In this document: positions 1-13,869 of the stretch, piece after piece
Layout of the letters: each line of letters begins with the position of its first letter
How positions within the stretch are numbered: position 1 is the stretch's first letter
From: Chrysomallon squamiferum
Lineage: Eukaryota > Animalia > Mollusca
Length of the DNA: 64,000 nucleotides
Direction of reading: 5' to 3'
Assembly: GCA_012295275.1 (NCBI GenBank)
Contig: CM022670.1
Coordinates: 24,614,001 to 24,678,000, forward strand
Notes under the pieces: generated by a model
Databases searched by the model: none
What the model was told of the DNA's origin: nothing
The model's input: the letters and a program-made list of their open reading frames with translations, nothing else
Position numbers and translations under genes: made by a program

Positions 1-195
1 CTCGTGATAAATATTTGAAAGAAAAGGTCATGAGAGTAGCACAAAGTGTTTTTATATTCAGTCAATAACACCACAGCCAATTCTTCACAATGGTTGCTAT
101 CAGTTTCGATATAGGCCTAGACCTGTTTGGTATACCCACACAATTGTTTGAATGATTTCAATAATTTCTTTTTCTTTATAGTTTCTTCTTTTCAA

Positions 196-229
<34 letters not shown>

Positions 230-1785
230 TATTTTAAAATTATATATTAATAATAATAAATATTTAAAACAATGAATGACTTTAAAAATATCTTGTCAGA
301 CCTTGCCAACTATTATTATGTTACTGGGTACTATAATTAGAAATGACGAAACACAGTTAATATTTCCTGGGTTTTATTTACCCAGCAGAGAAGGACGTTT
401 TGAATTTACTTGGGTAAACACAATAAGTGTTTCTAGCAGCAGAATCATAAAATCTTGTAAGTTATTTAAACATGTTATTTATTTATTTGATTTTTTTTGT
501 TTTTATTATTATTAGTTATTTTCATTTGTTTACAGAATAATTACTTCATTGTATATGTAAACAGGTAAAATTATGTTTTTACCCAGTGTAACCACCTGGT
601 TGACCATTTCAGTGTTTGTAATTCAAGTAACAGAGTGTTACACTGGTAAAAGGGATATTCTGCAGTATACTCCGTTATTTTTCTTTTTATCAATACCCAT
701 GTGTGTTTTTTTTTATCAATACCCATGTGTGTTTCTTTTTATCAATACCCATATGTGTTTCTTTTAATTACTTTCTTACTGTCTCTACATTATATGTGAT
801 GCTTTGATTAACTTACTTTATGTTAATTTATTTTGTGTTATGTTATGTTATATTATTATAGTTTATTTATTTTATGTTATTTTATTTTATTTTATTTTAT
901 TTTATTTGTTTTGTTTTGTTAATTATTGTTGTTGTTGCTGCTGCTGTTTATTTATTTCTTTGGTTTCATTTCAGTTATTTTCACTATTCACTATTCATTT
1001 AATTACTTTTACTTCTACTGCTGTTATTTTACTATAAAATTATTATTATTATTATTATTATTATTACTACTACTGATGGTATTACTGCTATTACTACAAC
1101 AACAACAACAACAACTACTACTACTACTACTACTACACCACTCCTATTGTCTGAGAGAACATACTAAACCATAGTTTCTGTTTTGTAGGACAGTGGCAAA
1201 TTATCCTTGTGATATTGTTGAGTCAAAAAGCAGTGACTAACTGGAGTAAGTAGAGAAAAATTCATTGCAATATAGAAAAGGAATGAATTTCAGTAAAGTA
1301 CTGAATAATTATATAGGAAATCCTTTAACAGAAGCAATGCAAGAAAACTATAGACCAAAATAATTTTAGAGAATATATTTACTTCACAAGTATAGAGAAT
1401 GATGATAATGACATTCAAATTTATTAGGATAATTATATGATTCTTCATTCCTTTGTGGGCAAGGAACTATTTCCAGTTCCAACATGTGTCATAGACTGTA
1501 AGGATTTGCATTCATAGAGAAAGTGAATATAAATATATCCCTGCGGTTAATCAGTTAGAATAGCACACTCAGTAGCAGCAACAGATTTAATATCGATGTA
1601 GATACAATTTTATGATATAGATTTAATATCTAGACTCAACCAAAAAGAATAACCAAAGTGTCTAAGGTCAGTTGTCCAGACATATTTATATAATACATTA
1701 TATAAGACTAATACCTAGCAAAAATAATATTTATTATTATTGTTATTGTCAATTTTAAAAGGTTAATTCTAATTATTTTTCAGCC

Positions 1786-3156
1786 ATGTTTAAAATAATA
1801 CTGTATTGTGTAATCCTGGCAATGTCCGTCTCGTTCATTGTGATGGGTAAAATATTTTCATTTGATTTGTTCTATTTCATTATTAAAAATTGACCATATG
1901 TGTGCGTCTCTCTCTCTCTCTGTGTGTGTGTATATGTATGTAAGGATGTATGTATTTTGTATGTAAGCACGTATACCTGTATTGTATTTCTATGTGTTCA
2001 CCTGTTAGTATGTATGTTGGTTTGATGTTTAAATGTATCTAAACATGTAAGGATGTAGACATGAATGGATGTATATGTCCCTCTTGATTGCTAGTCTTTA
2101 TCTAACCAGATATGCAACCATATACTTAAATATTGAGATAATGATGTTTTTATTGATATCATTATTTTGTCACTGACTCTCACCAAAATATATCACAAAT
2201 TAAATACACAGCATTTTCATTCTGCAGGTTCTAAACATAACATAGTTAATCTCCATCTGTCCAGCCATGTCTCTGTTTGTTTGTTTATCAAAGTTTTCAT
2301 AATGTTTTATTTTCCAGGTTCTATATATATAAATAGCTGTCCTGCAGAAAAAAGGATCCCAGTCTTTCTGATAGTGATAGGTGGGATTTGCTGTCTTAAA
2401 CTAATGTTAAAAATTCGCAGAAAATATCGACATGATGATAGAAGTCATTGTATCATGGGAACAATAGGCATTTTGGGTTTGATAGCCTGCTTTGTTGCAG
2501 GTATGTATTTATCTAACTGGAGGTGATGGGCAGATTAGGCTGTTGAAAATGTAGTGTCAGAATTTCAAAGACTATAACAGAGAAAGGGTTAACAACAAGA
2601 AAATTAAATACCATTGTTTCAGACAAATTATAGGCATTTTGTTACTGATAGGTTAATATTTATTTTAGGAACACCGTAACTTTTATTTTCATAGAAAACA
2701 ATTAAATCCTATCATTTATAGTTTGTAATTTATATTTTTTATGTGCATTTTTCTTATTATTATTTTGAATGCTGCAAAATAAATAAAGAAAAACCAGTAG
2801 TAAAAATAAATGGAGTAACTAAGTGAATAAGTAAATAAATAAATCCAGTTACTGGTAATAGACCACAAAATAGCAGCAATGAATGGAATTATTACTTTGT
2901 ATTTTCAGAAAATTTCTTCATCTTCCGCATTTTTGGAGACTTCAATGGCTTGGACTCAACAGCTGAAAACTATTGTAATAAAGACTTTTACTGGTTTTCG
3001 TTTGGAATGACAATTGTTTGGTACATTCCCTTAATCCTTCTGATTTGCGTGTATATAACAGACAATCCCCGTAGTGAGAATGAATCAGATGCGCGCATCC
3101 AAGAGGTGACAAACATCGGAATGATGATGAAACATATTTCGGTCCAAAATGTTTAG
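1786..3156 (+). CDS. TMEM272-like four-TM protein, array copy A (~163 aa)
   Basis: Exons 1784/1786-1846 (MFKIILYCVILAMSVSFIVM), 2318-2500 (GSIYINSCPAEKRIPVFLIVIGG...) and 2909-3156 (...NYCNKDFYWFSFGMTIVWY...TAG). All introns are GT-AG, phase 1; CDS 492 nt. The upstream exon (~1189-1245, donor gtaagt at 1246) has GTG at 1233 where paralogs have ATG. AATAAA at 3413. Family call rests on the C-P-x-E-x-x-IP-x-(Y/F)-L-x-V-x-G and YC-x-K motifs and the four hydrophobic segments. Confidence 0.8.
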
Positions 3157-4289
3157 TTCTGAATGAGTTGACAGTGGACTTAAGACTTTCGATGTACAGT
3201 TTATCATCATCATCATCATCATCATTCTTCTTCTTGTTCTTCTTCTTATCGGTGTTGTTGTTCTAACTGTTTTTATATGTAATTTTTCATTTAACTTGTT
3301 TATATACATATCTAATTATTTATCTATCCATTTGTTTGCCAGTTTGCCGACATGCTTGTCTGTCGGTCATCAGTGTGTTTGCTGTTGAATGAAGAGATGA
3401 ATTTAAATATCAAATAAAATGTTTACAAAGCTAGCAATAGTTCTGTTTTATTTTATTTTATTTTATTTTTAATATATATATACTGGCTAATGTCAGTTGA
3501 TGTAGCCATGATGATGAAATGCCAATAAACAATCAATATTATGTCTACACCGGATCTCAGAGAAATGACTCTATTAATTGTAAATCGAAAATGAAAATGT
3601 TTTTAAAAGCATGCGCAAAAGATTAATGAGCACATCCCTCTGCCACAGATCAAATCAAAGAAAGAAACAAGGAAAGAAATTCAGATTTTTATGTGACTCA
3701 GAAACGGTAAACATAAATGTAAATAAACGTAGTAATTTAAGTCTTTTTAACGCAGTTACATTTTCCGTTTTCCATTAGTTAGGAAGTAGTTGACATTATG
3801 ACGTAACCGTCCGTAAACGTCATTTTTATTAAGGTAAGTAGGAGCAAGTCATTTCTTTTCATTATATTTTCATTTTCCTAATTATAAACCTCCTATTAAG
3901 TATTATATGTAAGGAATAAATTAATGAATGAATATTTATTCAGCAAATAAAATATTTAATTTATTATTAAAGATTACAGGCAAAATAACTCTCAGAGGAA
4001 AAGGCCTACTAGATGTTATTTTTATAAACATCGTTGAAATGATGTCATAGGAAAAGACGAGCTGATATTTCTAATTCTCTCCATTTTAAGTAAGTAAAAA
4101 GTACTTTTAGCGCTAAAAATGAACATCTTGCATGTTAATGAAACTATTGTTGTTTCTGTTGTCGATATATTTTAAGATGGGCATATCCAACATATTTCTG
4201 ATGTGATAGTGGGGGGGATAAATATTTGTATACCGAGTTTTCAAATCTCAGGCATGCTCGAGTCCAACAGAAATACTGACGCATTCTGG

Positions 4290-4830
4290 TGTGTATGGGA
4301 CTGTACACCTTCTGATGCTAACCACTAAGGATTTCGGTCTATCATGAAGCCATTTCCTATGCCAGTCGTGTAATTTCAGAAAGAAAACTGTCGATTGCTT
4401 TCTCACTGTATACAGTATACAAACCACAGAAAATGCTGAAAGTGAACACTTCATTAAGCGATTTTACATAAATGTCTTTCACCAGCCACAAGGCGTCTGC
4501 AGTGTATGATGCTATATATTCAAATTTATGATATCAGATTTCGCTAAAAGTGGAGAAGAGAGATGTAGCTTTCAGATACAATCTTCAGACCTGCCTGATC
4601 ACCTCATAATAAAGGATGCGGGACTCAAGACAGAATGACAAAGATGGCTGTTTTCGGAAGCTAAAGCCACTAATATCGCAAGGATTATGTACTGAATTTA
4701 CTCGATTCAACAGCATAGATGATGAGCTGTCAGTTGAAGATGGTCTAGTCTTGCGATTTCATTCCAAGGTGTAATCGAAGATCCCAGAAAGAAGCCAGAA
4801 CATGCTCTTTTTGGTTCGTCATCAAACAGT
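4290..4830 (+). mobile_element. Degenerate Gypsy/Ty3 LTR-retrotransposon pol fragment (RNase H to integrase Zn-binding region)
   Basis: Frameshifted translation gives, in correct pol order: P(I)SYASRVISE; ILHKCLSPATRRLQCMMLYIQIYDIRF..EM*LSDT (cf. APPRLQRMLLRLQ.YD...ADTLSR); DDELSVEDGLVLR; ERARTCSFW. Contains many stops and frameshifts. Lies between copy A and the start-codon exon of copy B. Confidence 0.75.
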
Positions 4831-5490
4831 TAATGTGTAACCTGTTGTATATATTAGATGTCTCAGAGAAATATATAAATATGTGCTCAACTTTTTATGG
4901 CACAAAACAACTGCTGTGTTAGTTTAGCCATGAAACTGATCGCGTAAAACTACGGCGAAAACCTGGCACAAACTCACAATCAGTTGTAGATCTAGAGGTA
5001 CTATGTAAACTCCAGCTAACTGATGACATTCGTAATCTGTTCTTAAACAAATAATTATTTGCTAAATATATAAATATTTGGAACTTATCTGGATAAATAG
5101 ATACCAGCAATCAAGAGACACATATGCATTCATTCATATATATATACATATACATACTTAAATCCTTAGAAACACATATGTAAAAAACAAATAAACGCAC
5201 GTACATACATATATACATTATTAGCTATCTGATCTTGTTTACTGACTGTTTTATGGTTATAACTAACTGACTATTATTGGGTTTGCATTTATTTGATACA
5301 GTTACACTGTACTGTTGCTGCTGCTACTTCTGCTACTACCACCACCACTACTACCACTAATACTACCACTGATGCTGATGCTGTTGCGACTACTACTACT
5401 GCCACTATTACTACCGTCAGTATAGTACAAGTAATGTTTTGTTTTGCAGGACGACGATAAATCCACTTGACATTTTGCGACGAAACAGGA

Positions 5491-8400
5491 ATGGACAGTT
5501 GGAGTAAGTAAAGAAAAATCATTCGTGAGAAGGAAAACAAATTACACATTTTAAATAAAATAAATTCGTGTTTGTGTGTGTGTGTGAATATACATGTAGG
5601 TATGAATATATATATATATAAAATAAAGTTAAATACCCGTTGTTCAAATTTAATAGGATGTCATTCTATTTCTTATTTAACCATAGCTTCTCAAGTTACT
5701 ATAGAATCGATCATCTTCAAAGGAACCAGTGCCTTTAAAGGTTCCACAGCTCTTAAAGTTTAGCCCATCGTGTAGCAACATCAGATTTCCCTTCACCGTG
5801 GTTCGAACAAACAGTAATAATCAGTGGTGTTTGTATTACCGATATATGGCTCGGGCAAGCAGATTTCTCAGCTAATTAGTCCATGAGGTTACCGGATATT
5901 CTTCCTCTCCCTCTTCATCGTTATACAATAAAATATCATAAGCCAAAAATCTAATAGCAGTTAACATTATTTTCAATGATAATCTTGTTAAACTGATTCT
6001 AATTTCATTTCAGATAAATTTAAAATAGTACTATATTGCGTAGTCCTGATTTTGTCCATGCCGCTCATTTTGATGGGTAAGACTATTTTCATTTACTTTT
6101 TTTTATTTTGTGCTTAAAAGTATCTTGATAGTTTTATCTTCTCTTTTATGTTATTGATGGAAAATAAGATTTTACTTCTTAGTGAAGGATTCCCCGTAAC
6201 AATTAAAATACACAAAACAAATGGAAATTGGACCGATTTTCACAGAACAGCAACAACTAATTTCGCCAACATTTTTCGCACTGTTTCAAAGAGATGACAG
6301 GAGTGTTTATAACACTACCCTGGAAATATCTGATGGCTTAAGTGGACGAGTTTATTTCATTTTTTAAAGACGATTTTCATTTGTCGCCAAATGCGACTTA
6401 TGTTTGAGGCCTAGAATGTTTTAAATTTTCAATTGTAGTATCGGTAATAACCTTTGTTCATCTGAAATGACAGAGAAGTGAATGTCAGTGTTTCTATTAT
6501 TCATTGCAAATCCATAAAGTAATATGTAAAATATGGGAGATTAATTTCTCTAACCTTGATGTCCTTGACAGATAAATATGTTGTTCCCGGACTAGTGTCT
6601 TCTCGTACGAAATATTTACATCTAAATAAAGCGAACTCAATACTAATTAGTGTGAATGGGTTTGATGTTTTTGGGGGTTGTCTCCCATTCGTTACACACG
6701 CCATTTGTTACACACCTTAATTGGCCCAGTTGTTACAGTCAGTTTAGGGAATTAAGTAAGCACACCCCTATAGACTTAGTGGAGCAGTCTCATCTGTTCA
6801 ATTCAGTTCCTCTTTGCAAGCATAGATTCTCAACTGTAAGGACTTACGTTTATATTGCAATACATTATACAGTCATATAGATATTGGAATTTATCAACAC
6901 GTCCCAACCTAGGAACTTCACACAAACATTTTAAATGATGTTTTTATTGTATTACCCGGTACTGTTTCACAAATTGTTGTAATTAGGACAATGACTTCTG
7001 TTTACATAAAACCTTGTCGGTGAAATCATTTACTTGAATAGCAAGCTTGGAAAGATCAAATTTGAAAATGTGATTGTAGCCTATAATCCTCTTAACACTT
7101 TGATAGAAAACACACATAGTCCTCTAGTCCTCCGACATGGTCCATACTGTAGTGAAAACAAAGTCTGTTTGACCTGTAAGAATCTACTCAGTGAAAGCTT
7201 GCAAGTTCATAAAAGTATGTCCCTCAGTTTCTCACATAACAACCATGGCCGAGTTAAGACAGTTAAGAATTTGTTACTTCATCGACAGGCACTCCACAAA
7301 TTCTCCTTGATGCTTTCCTGTACAGCAAGAGTACAACCCGACAGACAGCACAACACTGGAGATGCATCAGCAAGAATTGCAAGGGAAAGTGTTCAACAGT
7401 CGGTGACGTTCTCAGGAATGTCTCAAACCACACCCATCCTCAAGAAGATGTCAACCGCGTCAAGTTTCTCTGTGCCATGCGCACGAAAGCAAGGGAGGAA
7501 ACAACGCAGATGAACACGATGTACGACCACCAAGTGTCAACACAAGATCCCACTCATCTGCCGACCCTACCCTCCTTTATCAGCATGAGCAGAAAGACCA
7601 TCCCTGTATTACCCCAGACCAGAGCCGAAGAAGATCTTGAAGATGACTGGAACAGGACCGCTCGTGTTTGTATTGCTACCAGATCGTCAGATGACTACAG
7701 ACTGTTCAGGCTGCTCAAGAACCACGTGCAAGAGAAACTTCAGCAAGAACTTGCACCAGTTCGCATGCTTATGCATATTTGCTTATTAATCAGGATACGG
7801 TCTAGAACGTGCATATATGTGCTGCGAGAACTATGTCGCCTATGTGCTGTTACAAATCATGATTAATGTTGCGAGAACTTGATTATATATTTTCTGTAAT
7901 AAATCATAATTAATAAATTATATATGTGAAAACCGTCCTTTCGTCTCATTGATAATAGAAGATGAATCCATTATTGTGTGCTAGGTAGAAGGCATGGGAT
8001 TAGCGGTGCAATCAACCATGAACTATGTTGTTTTAAGGTGTGTAACAAACGGCACGTGTAACGAATGGGGGACACCTTATTTTTGTATACCTTAACGATA
8101 GCTTAAAAATAAAATATATATATATATATATTAAAATATTGTTACCTGCGATATGGTAGTAAAAGTAGCCATATATTTTATATTATTCGTTTCAAATGTT
8201 TTAAATTTAATATGACAGGAAGTGCTACTAATGAAATCAAATTGTGTAATCTAGTTTTCTTTCGATACAAAAATTCGCCTCTTACACTGCAACTCTCGCG
8301 GTTGCGTGAGAATAAATCATTAAAGATTTCACGTGTATTCATATTCAGCTGAAAAAATTAATAAAAACAGTTTGTAAAACTATGATAACAAACTTATCAT

Positions 8401-9068
8401 AACGTTATATTTTGCAGGTGCTGGACATATAAATAGCTGCCCTGCAGAAAATTTGATACCAGTCTATCTGATAGTGATGGGTGGGTTTTGCTGTATAAAA
8501 GCAATGTTAGGATTTTACAAAATACATCAACAAATGAGGAAAAAGGAAGTTAGAGATCGTCCTATCATACGAACAATAGGCATTTTTTGTTTGTTATGCT
8601 GGTTTATAACAGGTGTGTATATATTTCAGCAACTGTGTAACTTTTATTCACACAACATAATTAAAGTTTAGCAAGGTTAAGAAATATGACTATTTGTTTC
8701 TTTATTATCATTTACAGTTTGAAAATTTATATTTGTGCGCGTTTGTTATTATTATATCGAGTAATGAAAATAGAAAAAGGAAAGGCAATAATAAAATGAA
8801 ATAAAGTAAAATAAGTAAGTAAGTAAGTAAATAAATACATAAACACTGATGTTCACAATAGACTGCACAATAACACCAGTAAATGAAATTGTTACTGACT
8901 CTGATTTCAGGAAATATCTTGGTCTTTCGCCTCCATGGACATTTCAATAGCACGAATTCTAGATCTGAGAGCTATTGTAATAAAGCCTTGTACTGGTTTA
9001 CATTTACTATGACAATTGTTTGGTACATTCCCCTCGTCCTTATGGTTTATGTGTATGCGCTGGACTAA
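5491..9068 (+). CDS. TMEM272-like four-TM protein, array copy B (divergent subtype, 142 aa)
   Basis: Exons 5491-5503 (ATG GAC AGT TGG A|gtaagt), 6014-6076, 8418-8612 and 8911-9068 (TAA). CDS 429 nt with all phases consistent: MDSWNKFKIVLYCVVLILSMPLILMGAGHINSCPAENLIPVYLIVMGG...SYCNKALYWFTFTMTIVWYIPLVLMVYVYALD. Confidence 0.82.
6676..8076 (+). mobile_element. Mutator-like (MULE/Phantom-type) DNA transposon, internally deleted, with FLYWCH zinc-finger remnant
   Basis: Imperfect ~44-bp terminal inverted repeats at 6676-6720 and 8033-8076 (cccattcgttacac..gcc.tttgttacacaccttaa). Open frame 7267-7866 encodes EFVTSSTGTPQILLDAFLYSKSTTRQTAQHWRCISKNCKGKCSTVGDVLRNVSNHTH (FLYWCH pattern W-x-C..C..H-x-H), then LPTLPSFISMSRKTIPVLPQT. 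No DDE domain is visible. Lies in intron 2 of copy B. Confidence 0.8.
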
Positions 9069-9157
9069 CTGTCTCCCTCTACATTTGTTGACTGTGGATA
9101 ATAAATTATACTGTGTTATTTATTTGTTAAAATCTTCTTTCACTGTTGAGTTTACCG

Positions 9158-9194
<37 letters not shown>

Positions 9195-9854
9195 TATTAT
9201 TGTTGTTGTTATTATTATAATTGTTCGTGTTGTAGTATGTGATAGAATAAAAACAAATGTTTAATGAAATATTAATTTTGGAAAAAAATATTTATTTTTC
9301 ATTTTTAATATGAATACCTATCGATTTATCGGTGTATATTTATGTTTGTATATCTGTCGGCCTTCTTGTCTCTCTGTCTGTCTGTCTGTGTCGCTATATT
9401 TTCCCATATTTTCCTCCTGAATCATTACAGTCACACTTATAGTAAACTCAGGGAAAAAAAGGACTTTTAAAAAAATATATAAACGAAAATTCAACTTTAG
9501 TAGATATAACAGCTTTATAATATAATGACATAATAATGTAAGAACAAAATAAAATACATTAAAGCAATGTAAAGAAACATCATAGAGTATATGTAAAAAA
9601 TCACGTACAACAGAGAAATGTAGGTTGGGTGAGGTTTGTCAAGTTAGGATCATCATGGATGAAGCTGTAAAATTTACTCTTACCTTGATGGAGACAGTTT
9701 TGCCGTGGACTAAGAATGATTTAAGAGTATTTAAAAGATTTCAAGTGGAAAATGGCAGTAGCTTCAAATTTTGGAAAATCGAGGATCCACTGTATATATA
9801 ATGTATATGTGTGTGTTTGTGTGTTGATATAGATAGATAAATATTCACACACAT

Positions 9855-9906
<52 letters not shown>

Positions 9907-10478
9907 CGGTCGTTGAACAGATAATATGTTACAAATATAATTCATCTTTACAAACTAAATGACATGCATTTTTTTCTCTTGTTATTGACAAAAATTTTAT
10001 ATTTGCAGATATCACTGTTATCTGTTACACAAACTTAAATACTCATTCATGTCATACTGCACATTCATAAGGTTACATTTATGACTTATAAACAAGATCT
10101 CAAACACACACACACACACATACACACACACACACACACAGAGAGAGAGGCAGAATCAATATAGATTACTGGCTGATTAATATATTTATCAGGTTTAAAC
10201 ACATTCGTGTTAGTAGTGAAAACAGTATCATGATCAAACAAATAATTTACTTTTATTTTGTTGCATAAAATTATAATATGCATGCATTTATTGTCAAACC
10301 ACAAAAAAACGTTAACTGTAATATATATATATATATATATAAATATATATGCTGCCTTTTATGTGTTAGTGCACATTTATTCATACATATGAATTATAAT
10401 TATATTGTTAATAAATTCTAATTAATAAAATATTGTTTTTTCTTTTTCACTTATTTGAAAATTATTAGTATGATTATG

Positions 10479-10479
<1 letters not shown>

Positions 10480-10549
<70 letters not shown>

Positions 10550-10580
10550 CATCATCATCATCATCATTATTATTATTTAT
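10480..10580. repeat. (ATT)n/(ATC)n microsatellite
   Basis: Directly visible; it explains the poly-Ile ORF 10455..10682. Confidence 0.95.
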
Positions 10581-11622
10581 TTATTACCACTTTTTTTATT
10601 TTTGGAAGTTTTAGTTTTGAGAGATTCAATTGATATGACAAGGAGAGTGAAAAAACAAAGAATGAAATATTTTTATACATGAAAACATTTTACAATTAAA
10701 AACAGTAAATCTTGATTCTCAGATCAATAGATCATAGAGTTTATGTAATAACTGATACATACTTAGAAACCCATGATAAATAACTTGCGCATGTATTATT
10801 TTCATGCTCGTCATATTTTGAAAGAAAAGGTCATATGCAGTATAACAAAGAGTCCTTGTATTCAATAATACTAGAGCCAGTTCTTCACAATGGTTGCTAT
10901 TAATTCCATATGGGCCTTTATATATGTTTCGTATAGCCGCACATTTGTTTACATAATTTGATAATTTTTTTATAATAATAAATAAACGACATTTAAAAAT
11001 ATCTCCGACAGAACCTGCAAACTATTGTTACTCTATTCGGTATTATAATAAGAAAAGACGGACTTCTATTAATATCTCATACTTTTTATCCAGCGGACAA
11101 GGACGTTTCGGATTTACTTGGCTAAAAACAAAAAGTGTTTCTAGCAGCAGAATTATAAAATCTTGTAAGTTATTTAAACATGTTATTTATTTATTTCTTT
11201 GTTAGTCAGTTATTTTTTTTTTTTTTTTTTTTTTTATTATTGGTTATTTTCATTTGTTTGTGGAATCAGTGATTCACTTAGCTACAGATACATTACTTCA
11301 CTGTATATGCAAAAAGGTAAAATTATGTTTTTACCAAGTGTAACCACCTGGTTGACCATTCCAGTGTTTGTAATTCCAGTAACAGAGTGTTATACTGGTA
11401 AAAGAGATATTCTACAATATACACGGTTATTATTATTTTTTATCAATACCCATATGTGTTTCTTATAATTACTTTCTTACTGTATCTACTTAGTATGTAA
11501 TGCTTTGAATAACTTACTTTATGTTATTTTATTTTATTTTATTTGTTAGTTATTGTTGTTGTTATTATTATTATTATTATTATTATTAATACTGGTATTA
11601 CTACTATTACAACAACAACTAT

Positions 11623-11661
<39 letters not shown>

Positions 11662-11773
11662 AACTACTACTACCATCTCTCTCCTTCTGCCAGAGTGAAC
11701 ATACTAAGCCATTGTTTCTGTTCTGTAGGACAGTGGAAAATAATCCACGTGATATTTTTGAGTGGAAAAGATA

Positions 11774-13455
11774 ATGAATAACTGGGGTGAGTAGAGAAAA
11801 ATTCATTGCAATATAGAAAAGGAATGAATTTGAGTAAAGTATTGAATAATTATATAGGACATCCTTTAACAGAAGCAATGCAAAAAACTACATAGACGAA
11901 AATAATGTTAGAGCATATATTTACTTCACAAATAGGGATGATGATGATGATGATGATGATGATAATAATAATAATAATAACAATAATAATAATATTCTAC
12001 TTTATTATGGTTTCTTACGATAATTGTATAATTCTTCATTCCTTTGCGGGCAAGAACTATTTCCAGTTCTAACGTGTCATATACTGTAAGGATTTCCAGT
12101 TAGATAATCAGTTAGATTAGTGTACTCAGTAGCAGCAATATATTTAATATCGATGTAGATACACATTTTATGATATAGATTTAATATCATGGCTCAACCA
12201 AAAAGAATAACCAAAATGTCTAAGCTCAGTAGTCCAGACTTCTTTATATAATACATTATATAAGACTAATACCTAGCAAAAATAATATTTATTATTATTA
12301 TTATTGTTAATCTAAAAAGGTTAATTCTAATTATTTTTCAGCCATGTTTAAAATAATACTGTATTGTGTAATCCTGGCAATGTCCGATCTCGTTCATTGT
12401 GATGGGTAAAAATATTTTCATTTTATTTGTTCTGTTTCATTATTAAAAATTGTATGTGTGTATGTGCATGTATGCATGCAGGTTTCTATGTATATAGCTA
12501 TGTTTGTATCTAAGAATGTACGTATTTTGTACGTAAGCAGGTATGCATGTATTGTATTTCTATGTGTTCATCTGTTAGTATGTATGTTGATACATGTTGG
12601 TTTGATGTTTGTATGTATCTAAACATGTAAGGATATAGACATGAATGGATGTATATGTCCCTCTTGATTGTTAGTCTCTATCTAACCAGATATGCAACCA
12701 TATACTTAAATATTGAGATAATGCTGTTTTTATTGATATCATTATTTTGTCACTGACTCTCACCAAAATATTTCACAAATTAACTACACAGCATTTTCAT
12801 TCTGCAGGTTCTAAACATAACATAGTTAATCTCCATCTGTCCAGCCATGTGTCTGTTTGTTTATTTATCAAAGTTTTCATAATGTTTTGTTTTCCAGGTT
12901 CTATATATATAAACAGCTGCCCTGCAGAAAAATTGATCCCAGTCTATCTGATAGTGATGGGTGGATTTTCCTGTCTTAAACTAATATTAGAATGTCGCAG
13001 AAAATCTCGACATATGAACGAAAAGCAAGTTAAACGTCATCCCATGATGGAAACCTTAATCATCTTTTTTCTGATAGTCTGGTTTTTCGCAGGTGTGTAT
13101 TTATCTATCTGGAGGTGATGGGCAGATTAGGCTGTTTAGAAGCAGTGTAAGAATTTCAAAGACTATAACAGAGAAAGAATTAACAACAAGAAATTAAATA
13201 CCATTGTTTCAGACAAATTATATCCATTTTGTTACTGATAGGTTACTATTTGTCAGGTGTGTGTATTATTTTAGCAACACCGTAACATTTATTCACATAG
13301 AAAATAATTAAATATTATCATTTACAGTTTGTTATTTGTATCTTTTTAATGTGCATATTTGTTGTTATTATTTTGAATGCTGCAAAATAAATAAAGAAAA
13401 AGCAGTAATAAAATTAAATGAAGTAAGTAAGTGATTAAGTGAGTGAGTGAGCAAG

Positions 13456-13494
<39 letters not shown>

Positions 13495-13823
13495 ATCCAG
13501 TTACTGGTAATAAACCACAAAATAGCAGCAATGAATGGAATTATTACTTTGTATTTTCAGGAAATATCTTGATCTTCTGCATTGATGAAGACTTCAATGG
13601 CTCGGACTCAACAGCTGAAAACTATTGTAATAAAGACTTTTACTGGTTTTCATTTGGAATGACAATTGTTTGGTACATTCCCTTCATCCTTCTGATTTGC
13701 GTGTATATAAGAGACCATCCCCGTAGTGAGAATGAATCAGATGCGCGCAGAGAGGGGGACGAAGAGGCGGTGGTCTCGATCATCCAAATGGTGGAAGTCA
13801 TCGAAATGGTGGAGGTCGAATAA
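11774..13823 (+). pseudogene. TMEM272-like array copy C (A-type); 1-bp frameshift in coding exon 2, possibly an assembly artefact (177 aa if corrected)
   Basis: Exons 11774-11786 (ATG AAT AAC TGG G|gtgagt), 12342-12405 (64 nt versus 63 in A, B and E; extra base at 12386-12387), 12898-13092 and 13561-13823 (TAA). All other splice sites and frames are intact. Confidence 0.7.
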
Positions 13824-13869
13824 TCAAAGAAAGAAATTTGGGTCCAAAATGTTTCTGTTGAGTAAAGTT

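Noticed and set aside
7034-7513. 159-aa ORF
   Set aside because: Alternative frame over the Mutator relic; the meaningful FLYWCH peptide is in the 7267-7866 frame.
9755-9795. Solo Tigger-like terminal sequence (reverse complement tacagtggatcctcgattttcc)
   Set aside because: No partner TIR or coding remnant found nearby; too short to annotate.
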